Positions 12,703 to 26,718 of a DNA stretch of 64,000 nucleotides are shown here, piece after piece. A model generated the notes under the pieces. The model was not told where the DNA came from and ran no database searches. It was given only the letters and a program-made list of their open reading frames with translations. The DNA is from Podarcis gaigeae. Taxonomy: Eukaryota. Position numbers and translations under genes: made by a program. The stretch lies in assembly GCA_964106915.2 (NCBI GenBank), contig OZ066916.1. One strand, written 5' to 3'. How positions within the stretch are numbered: the stretch's first letter is position 1; the number at the start of each line of letters is the position of its first letter.

Positions 12703-12974
12703 CAGTAGTACCTCTACTTACGACCACCTCTACTTGGGCCCGATCCAAGTTGCGACCATGGCAAACCTGGATGTAAATACCGGGTTTGCCGTGATTCACG
12801 CATGCGCAGAAGCGGCTTCTGCCATTTGCGCATGCGCAAAAACGGCTGCCACAATCTATGCATGTGTGCTGTCACCAAATGCAGCTGCGCACAACGGCGC
12901 TTCTACCAGCAACCCGGATCCACTTATGGACGGACCTCCGGAACTGATTACGCCCATAAATAGAGGTTCCACTC
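12703..12974. mobile_element. Tigger/pogo-like MITE, GCGCATGCGC-containing subfamily
   Basis: CAGTAGTACCTCTA / TAGAGGTTCCACTC termini. Confidence 0.75.
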
Positions 12975-13534
12975 TATTTAAACTAGAAAAACATGACTTA
13001 TTGTTTTGCATGCACCATCCATCGCTGATTCAGGTGTTTTGCATTCAGGTATCTGCACCAAAGTACAAAACAGACCATAAGAAGAAGCAAGTGAAGAGGG
13101 TGATTTCACAACTAGAGAAGCTTGAAACCTAAACTCTTCCAGTTTGGATAAGCCTCACCCCAGACTGACTTGAATTCAACTCCAGCTCATGAAGAAGCTT
13201 GCTCTCATCCAACTCCTTCCTCCTCACCTTGTTTGAAATGATATCTCCAACTTAACCTAAGAAGCGGACAGCAGTGGGCTGTAGCTCTGTTCTCCCCCTC
13301 ACATAATAGTTAACCATGTTAAGGAGTCTGTCTCCTCAGAACCTCCAAGTGTCATTATAAATCATTTCCCAGAAGTCTTTTACTTTTTTACATTCCCACC
13401 ACATGTGGTAAAATGTGTAGGGCATCTCTGTTTTCATCAGAGAAATGTTGGAGGGTATGCTCCCTACATAGGGCTAGGGTGCCCTGTTTATGGTTCCAAT
13501 ATGGTGTCACATCCAGGAAATAATAACATTAATG

Positions 13535-13755
13535 ATAGTTTTATTATTTGTACCCTGCCAATCTGACTCAGTTGCCCCAGTCACTCTGGGTGGCTCCAAC
13601 ATAAAATAATAATAATAATTACCCCTATACAGGGCTGCCTTCAGATGTCTTCTAAAGGTTGTATAGTTACTTATCTCCTTGATATCTGATGGGGGAGGCA
13701 TTCCATAGGGTGGGTGCCCTTTTCCTAGTTCCCTTTAACTTCACTTCTTTCAGTG
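13535..13755 (-). mobile_element. L2 LINE 3' fragment
   Basis: Reverse complement of the L2 3' end at 42060-42285. Confidence 0.8.
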
Positions 13756-15223
13756 TGAAAGTCCTGGGATGCTTAGCTTCAGGGGTAGAACCAACCCTGG
13801 AGTCTTTTGGACCACATTGGATCTATGTTTTTTTTTTTTTTAAATGGCTTCTCACAGTGCTAGAAAAAAGTGTGGGTGCAGGGAGGAAAGCTTATCTAGG
13901 TACATTTTTGGGGATTGTGCTTCTCTCACAACTCTGTTTGCAAGGCACATAGCATCTCAAAGAACAGAGAGTTTTTTTATGAACAAATTCAATCTAAATT
14001 TGGTGTTCCATGTATTTCCTGCAGCTGTGTATCTTCTATTTGTGTAGCAGTGGGTTCAATGGCACACTGCTTATTAGAATAGTTTCCAAATGCTCCAGTA
14101 AATCTCCATGGAGAGCTACCTCTCTCTCTCTCTTTCGCATACACACACGCCCCTCCAATTCCGCCTGAAAAGTGGGTAGAAACGGAGATGTTTAATCATA
14201 GGAGTCCCGTGTTTTTAAATAAGGTGAACAGCATGCGTAGAACAAAAAATAAAATAAAAAATGCATTATTCATGGGATCATACTGTTTCTAAAGCTTAAT
14301 AAAGAATTTGATTAATAATCTCAGCACATGTCCCACATACTTCTGCCCTGGTATGCATACAGATGCAACGTATAAGATTAGATGCGACTTGTAATCTCCT
14401 CTTGTCATTTGTGCTTTTCAGGCATTCGGGATATGGTGGAGTTGAGTCGGGTGGCAAAGCCAAGCTAAGGAACGTGGAATTGTTTTCATTCCAGAGAAGG
14501 CGTGGGTGGTCCTCCTCCCCACTGGCCCCATTGCCACTCTCGTTGCACAGATTTGGATATTTCAGAGACAAAAATCTATACTCGACGCCTAATGGACCAA
14601 TAGGGAGCAGAGTTTCCACTGAAATCAATGGCAAACACCCATACAGTTTGCTAAAACATGGGGCCTTTCTTATACTGAGTTCAGCGGTCCATTAGCCTTG
14701 TCCAGCAGCTGCTTTCTATGGTCACAGGCAAGGCTGTTTCCCAGTGCTATCACCTAAAACACTTTAACCAGAAAAGCAAAGAATTCAACCTTGGATCTTC
14801 AAAATGCAAAGTATATGGCGCAAATTTGTGGGCGCCATTCCCCAAGCAAGTTTGACTTCTGTGGGTGTGACAGTGGATGTGCAAGACCAATGAATGTGCT
14901 AGACAGGGAGACACGCACTGTCTTGAATGAGCTATTTAGTCTTACTGAAATGCGTTTTGCTTCCCTGGATGTTTTTATTCTGTGTGAGGAATTCAAGGCT
15001 GCATTATGGCAATTGTTCTGTCAGTGCAAGCATTTCAGCTTGTCATATGGAACAATCCCCCTCTTCTTCCCCTGCAAGCTATTCTCCTAAGCCCCTCCCC
15101 TGAGTCAATTGCGGGAGCATGGAAGTGTGTGTGGGGGGGGCACTTCTGCTAATGATAATCATCAATTGAAACTGGCTAAATCGTTGATTTTTTCCAATTT
15201 GAAATTTTTGTTTTGTTTTGTGA

Positions 15224-15264
<41 letters not shown>

Positions 15265-15265
15265 G
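15224..15265. repeat. (CTA)n microsatellite at an L2 tail
   Basis: About 14 CTA units. Confidence 0.95.
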
Positions 15266-15380
15266 TAATAATTCTATCCTTTATATTCCGCCCATCTGGC
15301 TGGGTTTCCCCGGCCACTCTGGGCTGCTCCCTGCAAAATAGTAAAATCACAATAAAGCATCAAACATTAAAAACTTCCCT

Positions 15381-15722
15381 CTGTGGGTTAAACCACAGAG
15401 CCTAGGACTTGCCGATCAGAAGGTCGGTGGTTCAAATCCCCCCGACGGGGTGAGCTCCCGTTGCTCGGTCCCTGCTCCTGCCAACCTAGCTGTTCGAAAG
15501 CATGTCAAAGTGCAAGTAGATAAATAGGTACTGCTCCAGCGGGAAGGTAAACAGCATTTCCGTGTACTGCTCTGGTTCGCGAAAAGTGGTTTAGTCATGC
15601 TGGCCACATGACCCGGAAGCTGTACGCCGGCTCCCTCAGCCAATAAAGTGAGATGAGCGCTGCAACCCCAGAGTTGGTCACGACTGGACCTAATGGTCAG
15701 GGGTCTCTTTATCTTTACCTTT
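15381..15722 (+). mobile_element. Sauria SINE, slightly 5'-truncated, inserted into an L2 3' fragment
   Basis: Body plus CTTTATCTTTACCTTT tail; host L2 reads AAAACTTCCCT before and AAACAGGGCTG after. Confidence 0.9.
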
Positions 15723-17711
15723 TAAACAGGGCTGTAAACTGCTTTCTCCCCCTGTGTTTCAAATTCTGATAATGAGTGGGTGTCTATTGTAAGCTGCTTT
15801 GGGTACAGCTCACTGTAGGAATGCAAAATAGAAATAAAATCAATCAATCAAATTCTTCTGATGATTTTCCCAAGCAGGAACTAGGGCTGGGTGATATCTG
15901 GTTTTCAACATCGTGAAATATCAGCAGCTAAATATCGCTCACTGGACTGAGTAAGCCCCCTTACCACTCTGGCTCCTGCGAACAGGAGCTGCATGGGGGC
16001 TTGATCAGTAATGGGAACAGGCCTCCTATCAAGTTATCAGGCCCCAAGGTGTATAGGGCTTTATAATCTGTTACAAGCTTCTTGAGGCAAGAAGTCCAGA
16101 AGAGATACAAAATAATAATAATAATTGACAGATTTTTCATTTGCAAGGTTGAAGTGATTTTTTCAAAGGCTGTGTTTTATCTGCCAGGCCTATCTCTGTT
16201 ACGTTTTGTTACTTTTTGTTAAGCTGCTTTGAGAAATCTCTATAATAATTAAAAAATAATAATGTATAGACATCCTTAAATGAAGATAGAAACTTGTTGG
16301 TTGATATCTTGGTGTTATCTCTTCTTGGTTTCCTTTTCCTCAGATGGACAGTTATGAAACAGACTTAGAAGGTCCAGCCACCCACACTAAGGTCACACAA
16401 ACAAATTCACAAAGTCAGCACCATTAAGAGAGAATTCAAATAGCCTGCCCTATAGTACTGACAATGCCCTCTGAGATGATCAGAACTGATCAAAACCCAC
16501 CATATTCTAGTAAGTTTGGCAGCAAAACAAAATCTCTGGAAACTAAATGGATTGCAAAACTTCCAATAACCCTGAATAAATAAATAAGTATTCCAGCCCT
16601 GTCAAACTATTTCAAGAATGGAACTCTTGAATAACCCTCACAAACTACAGGGGGTTTCACAGAACTGTCTCATTAAAAAGAAAAGGGGGAAAAAAGACAG
16701 AAGCTTTTGTCAAATACTTATGGATTCCAGGCAGTGCAGGATCTGTCACAAACAGAGGGAGCTTCCAGATGACCTACGTATGGAATATTCATCCCTATTT
16801 GTTTGCAGAAGGATTAGACGACTTCGGCTATTTAATGAACATTTGCATTACCCTCTCTGTTTCCTTATTGCATAAAGCCCGATTTTGTGAGGATGCAGGT
16901 TTCTAGTGCAAGAGCTCTCAAAAAGCTTTAAATGTGCAGCTGGAATTTGCCGGTATGTGACTGAATCCCAACTGAAAATAGCAACAGTTTGGAAACACCA
17001 AGAGACTTAAAATTTGTAACGGAAGATGAGAAATGTTTTAGACACGATTACTATTGTTACTGTTAAGTTTGCTATGCAGCTTGTTGTGATCTCTGCTGTG
17101 ATGTGTGTGTGTTTTGCTGCTCCTTTTCTGGGTGTGGAATTTATTCTTTCATGCTTTTGTTTTATTTAATTTAGCTGTTCTCCATTATATAACTGTTCCC
17201 TTCAGTATGTAAACATAAAGGTCAATATAGCATAATGTCAAATGGGGCATTACATCATGTGAAGACACATCAAAACAAGAGCAGTTAATCTACAAGTTGT
17301 TTCATTCTCTCTCTCTCTTCCTTTGCCCCTAGCCTAAAGGTTTATAACACTCAATATCCTATGTTTTTCATAATTCTTGTCATGGGTGATCATAGGACAA
17401 CTACTTCTGTATGTATTTTGCCTCAGTTTTCATTGTCCCCACCCCAAATTTCAGAGCTTGTAAAATTTCCCCCCTTATTTTGAACCCAAATGAAGTGAGG
17501 TGCGGGAAGATGGAGCAGTTGCACATTTTTACACAATGCCTAGTTAAGTTGCTCTGGCTATTTTATACACATTTTTTAAAAAGAGAGAGAGCGCAAAAAT
17601 ATTGTGAAGAATTAAAAATGGCCGTCCTTTGACTCCATTGAAAGCTTTGCTACAGTTCCTTAATGGCCCCAAGGAGGTGTTCTGGTCTTAGTATATTCTA
17701 GGAATAATATC

Positions 17712-18543
17712 CAGGGATGGGGGAGAAATTCACTTCAGGGTTTCTCCATGCTTCCTCTTGTCCTGCTGCTTTCCGCTGGGGAAATTGCTCTTTAGCACTC
17801 AATCGGAGCAAACAGCTATTTGGGGTTTCTCCAATTTAGAGCAAAAGAGTGGAGCAAGTGGGAAAACTGCTCAGACCTGTGCTTTCTAGCCATGGAGCAA
17901 GCAGAAGTGTGGACGAACACTCAGTTTGCATTTACAGTGGTACCTCAGGTTACAAACACTTCGGGTTACAGACTCCGCTAACCCGGAAGTACTACCTTGG
18001 GTTAAGAACCTTGCCCCAGGGTGAGAACAGAAATAGTACACAGGCGGTGTGGTGGCAGCACGGTGGCAGCGGGAGGCCCCATTAACTAAAGTGGTACCTC
18101 AGGTTAAGAACGGTTTCAGGTTAAGAACGGACCTCCGGAACGAATTAAGTTCGTAACCAGAGGTACCACTGTAAAGGGAAATCTACCAAACCCACAGCTT
18201 CCCTATCAATGTATGAACCAACACATAGCCATCTTTCAAAATCCACACTTCTCCAGACTTCGCAGTTTTCAAGCAAAGTAATGTGCACCAAAATAATAAT
18301 AATAAATAAATACATATATCAGGGCAAGCATGCATATGTAAGAATGTCTATATTAGCAAATATTTTGGCAAAAAGAGCACAACATTGGGGGAAATTGCTC
18401 TGCAAAAAAAAAAGTGTATATATTAGGAGACATTCGCACCAAAATACTGATTAATTAAAAAATAAGAATTGCAAACTGTTATGAAAATGTGGATAAAAAT
18501 GGGAACGTGAGAGAAACTGAAATTGACATATTTCCCATCCCTA
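17712..18543. mobile_element. Old hAT-like element ((C/T)AGGGATG termini) with nested insertions
   Basis: CAGGGATGGG / CCCATCCCTA ends; related copies near 26210-26612, 28645-29061, 34389-34820, 44173-45039. Confidence 0.65.
17935..18171. mobile_element. Tigger/pogo-like MITE
   Basis: CAGTGGTACCTC / GAGGTACCACTG with TA TSD. Confidence 0.9.
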
Positions 18544-19282
18544 GTCTCACTCTAACAGCCTTATGCTGATGTATACTAGGGATACATATGTGGCCCACAT
18601 CCCATGCACAATATTGGATGCCTATTTCAGTTATTCCTTTGCAGATATGCTTAACTGTTCATGAGTAACCACTGGCACAGCCTCTTTGCCTTTCAGCCTT
18701 TTCTTTTCTCAGCAAAGGGAGACTTGCAATGGTGTGAAAAAAAATAGCTTAAATTGCTAGGTGGTTTTTTCCTCTGCTTCCCTTCCCCCTCTGCCTTCAA
18801 AATGCAGTTTCCTGGTTTAATCTATCAATGCTATCTACATCTTCTATTATGTGTCATCAGTGAATTAAAAGGTGTTTTCATGCTGCGCTGTGCTGAGATA
18901 TCATTTTGCCTGTGAATACTTCACTACCATATGCCGATCCCCTACTGACTTGCGGGCGTCGTCAAGCACACCTACAAGAGTATTTCAAGGAGAATTCAAG
19001 AGGGATAGTTTTCAGGGCTACGCACTATTAGAGTGAATTAATGCTGGCAAAGATACAGACAGCCGATATGGATAAGAAAATTATTTTTGCCTTCGGAAGA
19101 GCCTCTGTCATGGCCCAAAATGTGCCATTTCCTTGTTACAAGTATATGGCAGCCAGTTAACAATTCAAAACCATCATAGGCAGACATTGACAGGGAATGA
19201 GAGCAACTCTGTCAAGTCTGTTGGAAAGGCAGTGTGGCCAGAACATCCTTGACCTCCAGACCTGAGCATTGATGTTTGCTGA

Positions 19283-20010
19283 TGTCAGGCTTCAGGGAAT
19301 CTGACCCCCCTCCCTCACGGCTGGCAGCCAGATATGGGAAAACAAGAAGTTCTTACCATGGTATTTTATTCAATATTCACAGAGAGAGAAGTCCAGTTGC
19401 ACCAGGAAGTGATCTGACCATGGCACTTCTTTTGTTTCACTTTTACTTAATGTCAGATCACCAACATCCATAGAGGTGAACACCAGGTCTAAGGCATGTC
19501 CGTGGCTATGAGTTGGGCCAAACTTATTCAGGGACAGTCTCATGGAGGCCATGCTTTCCACGAAATCTTGAGCGACCCCTTGTAAGGTTGTGTCAGCATG
19601 GATGTTAAAATCCCCCAGGACAACCAAGCTAGGTGTCTCCAGGAGCACATCCCACCATGACATGAAGCAGCTCGGGCAGGGAATCCTTGGCACAGCTGGG
19701 AGGTCAGTATACCAAAAGGAATCCTGTACTGCCCCTATTCCCCAACTTCCAGAACATGCCCTCAGAAAACTGGGTCTTCCCAATAGGATGCCTGAGGGCT
19801 GAAGGACACTGAGTCTGTCAGCTGTCCCTCCCCTGGTGTTTCTTTCTCCTGCTGTTCCTCTCCCGATATTTCCCAGCTTCTCTCCACTGCAGCCTCTGAA
19901 CTGTGACCTTCTGCAAACCACTGTTCTAAATCTATACTGTCCTCCTGTTCCCGGAAGTGTTCGGGGGGTGGTGGTGTCCCCACCATTTCTCCTCAGTCCA
20001 GTTCCTGACA
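19283..20010 (-). mobile_element. Solo LTR interrupted by an L2 fragment
   Basis: TGTCAGG..CCTGACA inverted termini; flanks GCTGA/TCTGA; minus-strand AATAAA near 19364-19369. Confidence 0.65.
19386..19794 (-). mobile_element. L2 LINE APE-endonuclease fragment
   Basis: TGFLLVY*PP, LVVLGDFNIH, GPTHSHGHALDLVF, VPWSDHFLV motifs. Confidence 0.9.
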
Positions 20011-23000
20011 TCTGAGCTCCCCAATTTGGATTGCTTTGGGCTTCAGTGGTGGAATAAAATAGTGTTGTGTGTGAACTTGCATGTTGCCTGAGTCCCTTCT
20101 AATTCCTGGGGTCCTGGATCCAGCAAAGGTTAAAATTGTTGAACTAGCCAGGCAAGTTTATTGGTGAATTAATCAGTTTACCTATGTCCACTGTTACTAT
20201 AACAAAGCAAGTTGCTCTGTGCCAGAGGGGAAATGGGTGAGTCCCCTCCCTCACCTGCAATCAAGAACTTTAGAAGTGATGCTCCTCTACATGAGCTTTC
20301 TGGCTAGGACTCTTATGATATCCCAAGCTCAAGGGAGGAAGATCCATGTGTGCAAGTCTACCCCTACTGAGACTATAAACAGCTTTATTCAAACATCTGC
20401 CAGGACCTCCAAGATGCTCGGTTACTTCACGGACTACTGACAACAGATATATGAGGATCTGACCTTCTTGATGGTGACACCACTCTTCCTTCCCCAAGGA
20501 TGCCTTCGAGTGTGCTCTCCTGGGTTGACCCTTTGATGTGAACAGTCCAGGTTTTGCTCTTATCAGCTCTACCCATTCTGCCAGTCCTCACTGGGGTCGC
20601 TGTCAGCTGCCTCTCAGTTGTTGTGTGTTGGTGATGGAGGCACAGCAGCCTTGATATTTGCTGGGCTCCCAAATTTGGTTGGCTCTTGGCTTCAGTGGTG
20701 GAACAAAAGATGTTCTGCTAGGGGGAGATTGGCTGCCTGTGAAGGGTCCAGATTCCCTCCCACCCCACATTCACTATTGGGGTGCCAGGGTAAACTTCCT
20801 GGCATTACAGGCCATGACATACTGGCTCCAAGAGGTATATAATCATGCTAAATAAATAACAAATGAATATCATATATAGTCCCAATTCCAGAATGATGCA
20901 TATCTCAAATCCAAAATGATTTCTGGCAATGGCAATGAATGGCACATTCAGGTTTTGGAAGGGTCGGTTAAAGTTCAATACTAGTGCTGATCTCTTCGGG
21001 CCAAGAGAGTGTGACACCGAAACAACAGCTGTGGGTGCAGACACAAGGTAGCAAGAGCATTAGGCTGTTATAAGGAACAAATGCTACACTAGATGGCCAG
21101 TGAGGCATTGCATCAGTTCTTCTGTTCTTGCAAAGAACTGGCCATCTTCATTTGCAAAACCTAGACAACGATCTTTTTAGCATTGATGAGCAGCACAACG
21201 ATTCTAAGTGTAGAGTCAGTAGTGCTCAGGTGCTCCATTTAATGTTGGCACATAGGTTTGCCAGAAGGTAGGCATACTGTCATTCTTGACTTCTCTCTCT
21301 GTTTGGGCTCTTGACATCTCAGTAGGAGGATGTGTTCAAGTGCAGGTTGGCTGTCAATCAGTGTTCCATTCAGTTCCCTAGCTATTAAAAAAAAAAAGGC
21401 TTGAAGGCGAGGAATTGCTTTGAGTGAAGAGGCACCTCACACACCTTGCTGTTTTGGCAAACGTTGAAAATGTCAAGATTTCTCAACAGTCTAGGAAATT
21501 GCTTCCACTCTGGAATGCTCTGATTTAAAGACCTTCTTTTGCCCTTGAATAAAAACCAACAAAATAAGTCTAAAAGTCATGTTTGTTACTAGAAGTTCTT
21601 TCCCCTCGCAATCTGTTCTGCCTGACTGAAATGTTGAGCAGGCAGTGTTAGCAGGTGAAAGCTCAATACTGTGCAATTTATTTGCCACACAGTATTTAGC
21701 TCTTCGCTTGGCATAAAATGAAAAGAGACAGTTGGCACCATCCCACAAAAATAAATGTACACCAAGTCCTTCCCTCCCCCTTTTAAAAAAGGGTTGTATT
21801 CAGTGTAAGTTCTGCTTATCATAGACCCATTGAAATTAATAGGCATAACTAACATGTCTCAAAATTTCAATGTGTCTATGATGAGTAGAACTCATTGGAG
21901 TTCTACTCATCATAGACCCATCCAATAAAAAATGGCACCCTTTGTAGGGCTGGGGAGCATGTGGTTCTCTAGAAGTTGTTGGACTTCAACCCAACATCCC
22001 TGACCATTGTCCATGCTGACTTGGGCTGATGAGAGTTGGACTCCAAGAACATTAGGTGAGCCACCGCTTCCCCATCCCTGGTGTAGCTTGGCCAGGAGAG
22101 ATTGTTCACTTCCTTTTAGCCTGTCAGACCCTAGCAACCATTGAATTTTGATTGCATCACTTCCTGCCGGCGGCATGAGGGAAGTGTGTGCATACGTAGT
22201 GCATACATAGATTGCTGCAATGTTGAGAGAGGTCCAAATGTGTGATTTAAAAACAACAGCACCTGGTTGGTAGGAACCTTCTCCTGATGTGGGCTTCGCC
22301 CTGTTTTCAAACTCAGTACATTCACAAATGTGACACCTTATTTGAAGACTGGGGAAACGGTATCAGATATATACCCACGTGAGGAAATGACATATCAGGT
22401 CAGAGCCCCTGTAGAAGTCTCCAGGCATCATGAAAGCAACATTTAGTCAATATATTATTTGTTTATTTTAATACTTGTATCCAAACTTTCCATCATTTGG
22501 GGAGCCACAGAAGACTTTCCAGCCACATTAAAACTAACAGTGAAAAGACATAAAACCAACAATTAAAAAAAATAGAGCAGGAAGAAAGAGAAGTTCATAT
22601 TCAGAAGTATCACTGGCACAATTTATTTGGGTGGGTGAGTACATAGAGCTTGTAATTGTTTTGCTGGTGCTTTGTTAATTATTCTATACGATTTATGCTG
22701 TATTTGTGATGTTTGGTTATGTTCTGTCATGGTATGGTTAGCCGGTTTGGGATTTATTTGAATGAAAAGTTGCATAGAAATATAATGAATCAAATCAAAC
22801 CAGGTCTCATTTTTTCATTCAGACAAGCAAAAGGCATGAGTAGAATTTCAAGGACGCATTCTAGCTAGACAAATAAGGGTTCAAAGGGAAGCCAGTGAGT
22901 GGTGTGACCTGGGGAGAGTTCCACATTCCAGCAGACCAGAATCATCTCTGTCTTGCCTGGATTGCTCCCTTTCAGCCAAATGATGCCACATTATCATTCA

Positions 23001-26000
23001 GAAGGTCAAACGACAGCTCAGCTTTGCGAAACCGGTAGTGTAATATTGACTGTGTATCTGGCATTGTCAAAAGCAGATGTTCTCAAAGTGTGCTACGCTA
23101 ATTAACTCCGTTGCTTAAACAAACCTGTTCCTGCTTCCTCGGGAGGATTTAGCTCCTAAGATTCATTCTTGTCACAGGTCCATTTAAAAAGCCGATTAAA
23201 GAAAAGCAAAGGGCAGGAGCCATGCAGAATCACTACCTTATTGGGTCTGAATGCACTCAATCGGTTCAACAAGTGTGTGGCAATTGGCCTGCAGGGCGAG
23301 GCTCCATCCAGTTGGGCTGGGTGTGTTGGCACTCCTTTTTCCTGGCCCGTTGAATGACTTCTACAAAAACAGGCCTAGGAATGTTCATGCCTTCAGAGAG
23401 ACCCACCTCACACTTTGAGAACCAGCAATCTGGAAACTTATTAAAGTGTTAAGTGTGTAATAAAGTGTATATTGCAAAATTATAGGTCATCTTGGCTGGC
23501 TGCGTTTATTGCTAATGTTAAACATGTGAACGGAAAGGGATGTTAAAGAAAATGAGTGATGGTTATAAAATTTAAAAAAGGCTTGTGGAGAGAATTTAGT
23601 GGAAAGTGAGTCTGGGTTTTTTAGCCAGAAATAGCAGTTTTTTTCAATAAGAATAATAATGGGTTTTAGATTTTCTTTCTGTGAGGTTCCTGGAATTCCA
23701 ACAAAAAAGCCCAGCAGAGGAATTGCAGAGTCCATACATCTGGAGAACATAAAATAGGATTTATCGCTTTGGAGGAAATCGCAAGTGTACAAATGCCTGT
23801 TTCAACACTGTTCATAACTGAATGTATTTGGCAGGGGAGCAAAGAATTAGACAATCTTTACAGCCCAGCTTTTGATCCAGACCTGCACAGTAAATAACAC
23901 AACACCAGCTGCGTCCCTTGCCCCTGTGCACACAAAAGATTTGTGTTTTAATGCATAAATGGGTATACCACCTACTGGGAAGCTCTGTAAAGACACCCAC
24001 CCCCACAAGGTCAATCCTGTTCCCTATGCAGAAGGAACTTGTGCCATGCATGAAATGATGGTGTTACAAATCTCTGTTCAATGGCACCTTCTGATCACTA
24101 CAGGCCCACACAAGAGTGAAAAACACAGGTGTGGGTGTGGGTGTGGGTGTGGGTGTACACACACAAACACCCCTTTGTCAGTCACATTTGGAAGTGCTAC
24201 CACTAGGGACTGCTTGGTTGGTGCTGATACATCATAGGGTCTTGGTTGTGGTTCCCTGTTTGTAATCTGCCGTCCCTGTCCAGGTGCACCTGTTGCCCCC
24301 ATTATTGACTTTAAGAAGGAATTTACAAACTTTATTGTTTACTCAGGCATTCATTGGCTGAAAGATACCCTTCCTGGCAACTCTGGACTCACTGACTAAG
24401 AAAATGTATGTAACTGTTTTTAGCATACTTTTTTTTGAAATGGTGCGTTTGCCTCCTTGGGCTCCTTTGGGAGAAAGGTTGGAATATAAATTGAATAAAT
24501 AATAATAATTTAAACTGCAAAGCCAGTAGCTGAGCTTTCCTATCAAGGGACCGTAGGCAGAACTGCCCAGGGTTAATTCTTTACTTCACATAACATTGAT
24601 TATTATTACATATTATCTTTATTCATCACTTTTCACAAAAAGATTTCTCAAAGTAGCTCACAATTAATAAAATACAATTAAGCTAATAAGGAGAAGCACA
24701 ACTTCCCAAGATATCATACCTCTTTGGTTTGTTTAATTTGCTTTATTCAAAGATCTTGTTATTAGATTTTTACAGTTCATTTTTAATATGACAACTGTGT
24801 GCTTGTTTGATAATATACTGTAACGAAACCTTTTGTACATTTGAAAACTACTATGCAATTGAAACCAAATCTACGGAAACAACAATATAACAAAATATTC
24901 AGAAAGTGCATTTCCATCAACAATTATAAGGACTAATACCACCCAACCCATGACAAGACATATAACACCAAACAGGCCGGAAATCATACAACAGTCCAAT
25001 CTAATTTAATAACGCAAAGCCATTGTTTCTCAGAACTTTCTGAATTCACCCCACTCTACAAAGGGATGAAACTAAAGAAGAAAAAGTAAATATCCCTTCC
25101 ATGGACTTTCCCCTCTGCTGCTTCTTGAACCAGACCTGCTGCATCTACTTGCCCTGCTGAATGACTGGAGTCTTGTAGAGGTAAGACGAAAGGCAGTCAC
25201 AATTCTGGAAAAAGGAGTGGAGAATGGCTAGGGAACCTGTGGCCCTTGAGATGTTGCTGGACTCCACCAGGCAGTGTAACCAATGGACAGGGATGATGGG
25301 AGATACAGTCCTACAGCATCTTGGAAGGTCACAGTTTCCCCACCCTTGCAGCAGAGGAGGACTGGTGTCTAGCCAGGGGATTTTGCCGTCTCTCTGTAGC
25401 TATGCAGTCAGAAAGGCAGGTGTGTCCCCATCTAACCTCCCAGTTGAGGAAAACGTCAACTGCTCAGCATGCATGGCTGAGCTGACGGTCCTTCTTACCA
25501 CCTGAAAAGCTCTAAAATAAGAAGCACATTTTGAAACTAAGAAACTTTTTGTTGTGGGTGTCAGGACAGCCCTTTATCCAAATATAGCAGGGGTGTGCAC
25601 TGGCCACAAGATTCAACTTGTATCTATCTGTAGCTTGGGAAGCAGTTCTGATCTGTTTCAGAGCCACTCTAATTCACTTTTTAATTTGGGGTGCAAGCAG
25701 AACTGATGCAACCTCCCCCCCCCCCCAAATATGCCATCCTTGTGATGTATTCAGTTAAAATGGATTTTTTTGCAGTTACAATGTATCTTACACATAAACA
25801 AGATCCATAAATAAACAAAACAGGGGGCAGGTCTACTTCATGCCTACCTGAAGGTCACATATTTCTCAAGAGGAGTCCATCCACAATTTGATAAGCAGTG
25901 GCACCATGTTTCTTTTGAGGCTTAAAAAAACCCCAAGAACCTTGAAAGCACAAGTTGGAAAGATCCAGTTCTGAAGAGTAGACCACCATATTGCTAGTGT

Positions 26001-26634
26001 AAGATGTAATAAAGTTACATCTGAAATGTTAGATCTAGGGGAAATACAAAGGCCACTATTCCTCCACCCGTGGTTGGTTTACACGTAGCCAACAACTGCT
26101 TGAAAACTTTTGGGAAGAAGAGCTGTTCCCTTCATTTACATTCCAGCACCAAAGAAAGGCAGGCCAGGAAGATGGTCAGCTCTGAAGACTGGATCAGCCC
26201 AGTGGGCCACTAGAATAGGAGACATAGTCAATTTAGCTCATAATTTGCACTTCCTGAAACCGTGTGCAAATCCAAACACAGCTATCTTTCAAAAGGTGCA
26301 CTTCTCCAGATTTTGCAATGCAGTTATTCAGCCAAAAAGAATGTGGACAAGGATGCATCTGTTAGAAAGAATGCTATACAATAATAGCATGCAAAATAAT
26401 CTAGAAACTATACGAAAATAATAAAATGGAAGCTTTCAAAAATGTGTTGGGTGGGCAAATCGGTATATGAAAATATATAGGTTAGGAGAAGTGTGTGCTA
26501 AAATTCTGATGACTTCTTGTGAAGACTTTTTTTAAAAAAAAATCACAAACTGATACTGCAGTTAATATTGGGAAAGTGAGACAAATCAAAATTGGTGGAT
26601 TTGTCCATCCACAACATTGATATATTTTGGAAAT

Positions 26635-26638
<4 letters not shown>

Positions 26639-26703
<65 letters not shown>

Positions 26704-26718
26704 TACACAGAGAGAGAG
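26639..26718. repeat. Compound (TC)n(AC)n microsatellite
   Basis: Direct reading. Confidence 0.95.

Noticed and set aside
20013-20710. Diverged ~50 bp direct repeat (CTCCC.AATTTGG..GGCTTCAGTGGTGGAA) about 650 bp apart
   Set aside because: Too short and diverged to call LTRs or a duplication; no TSD or coding content identified between them
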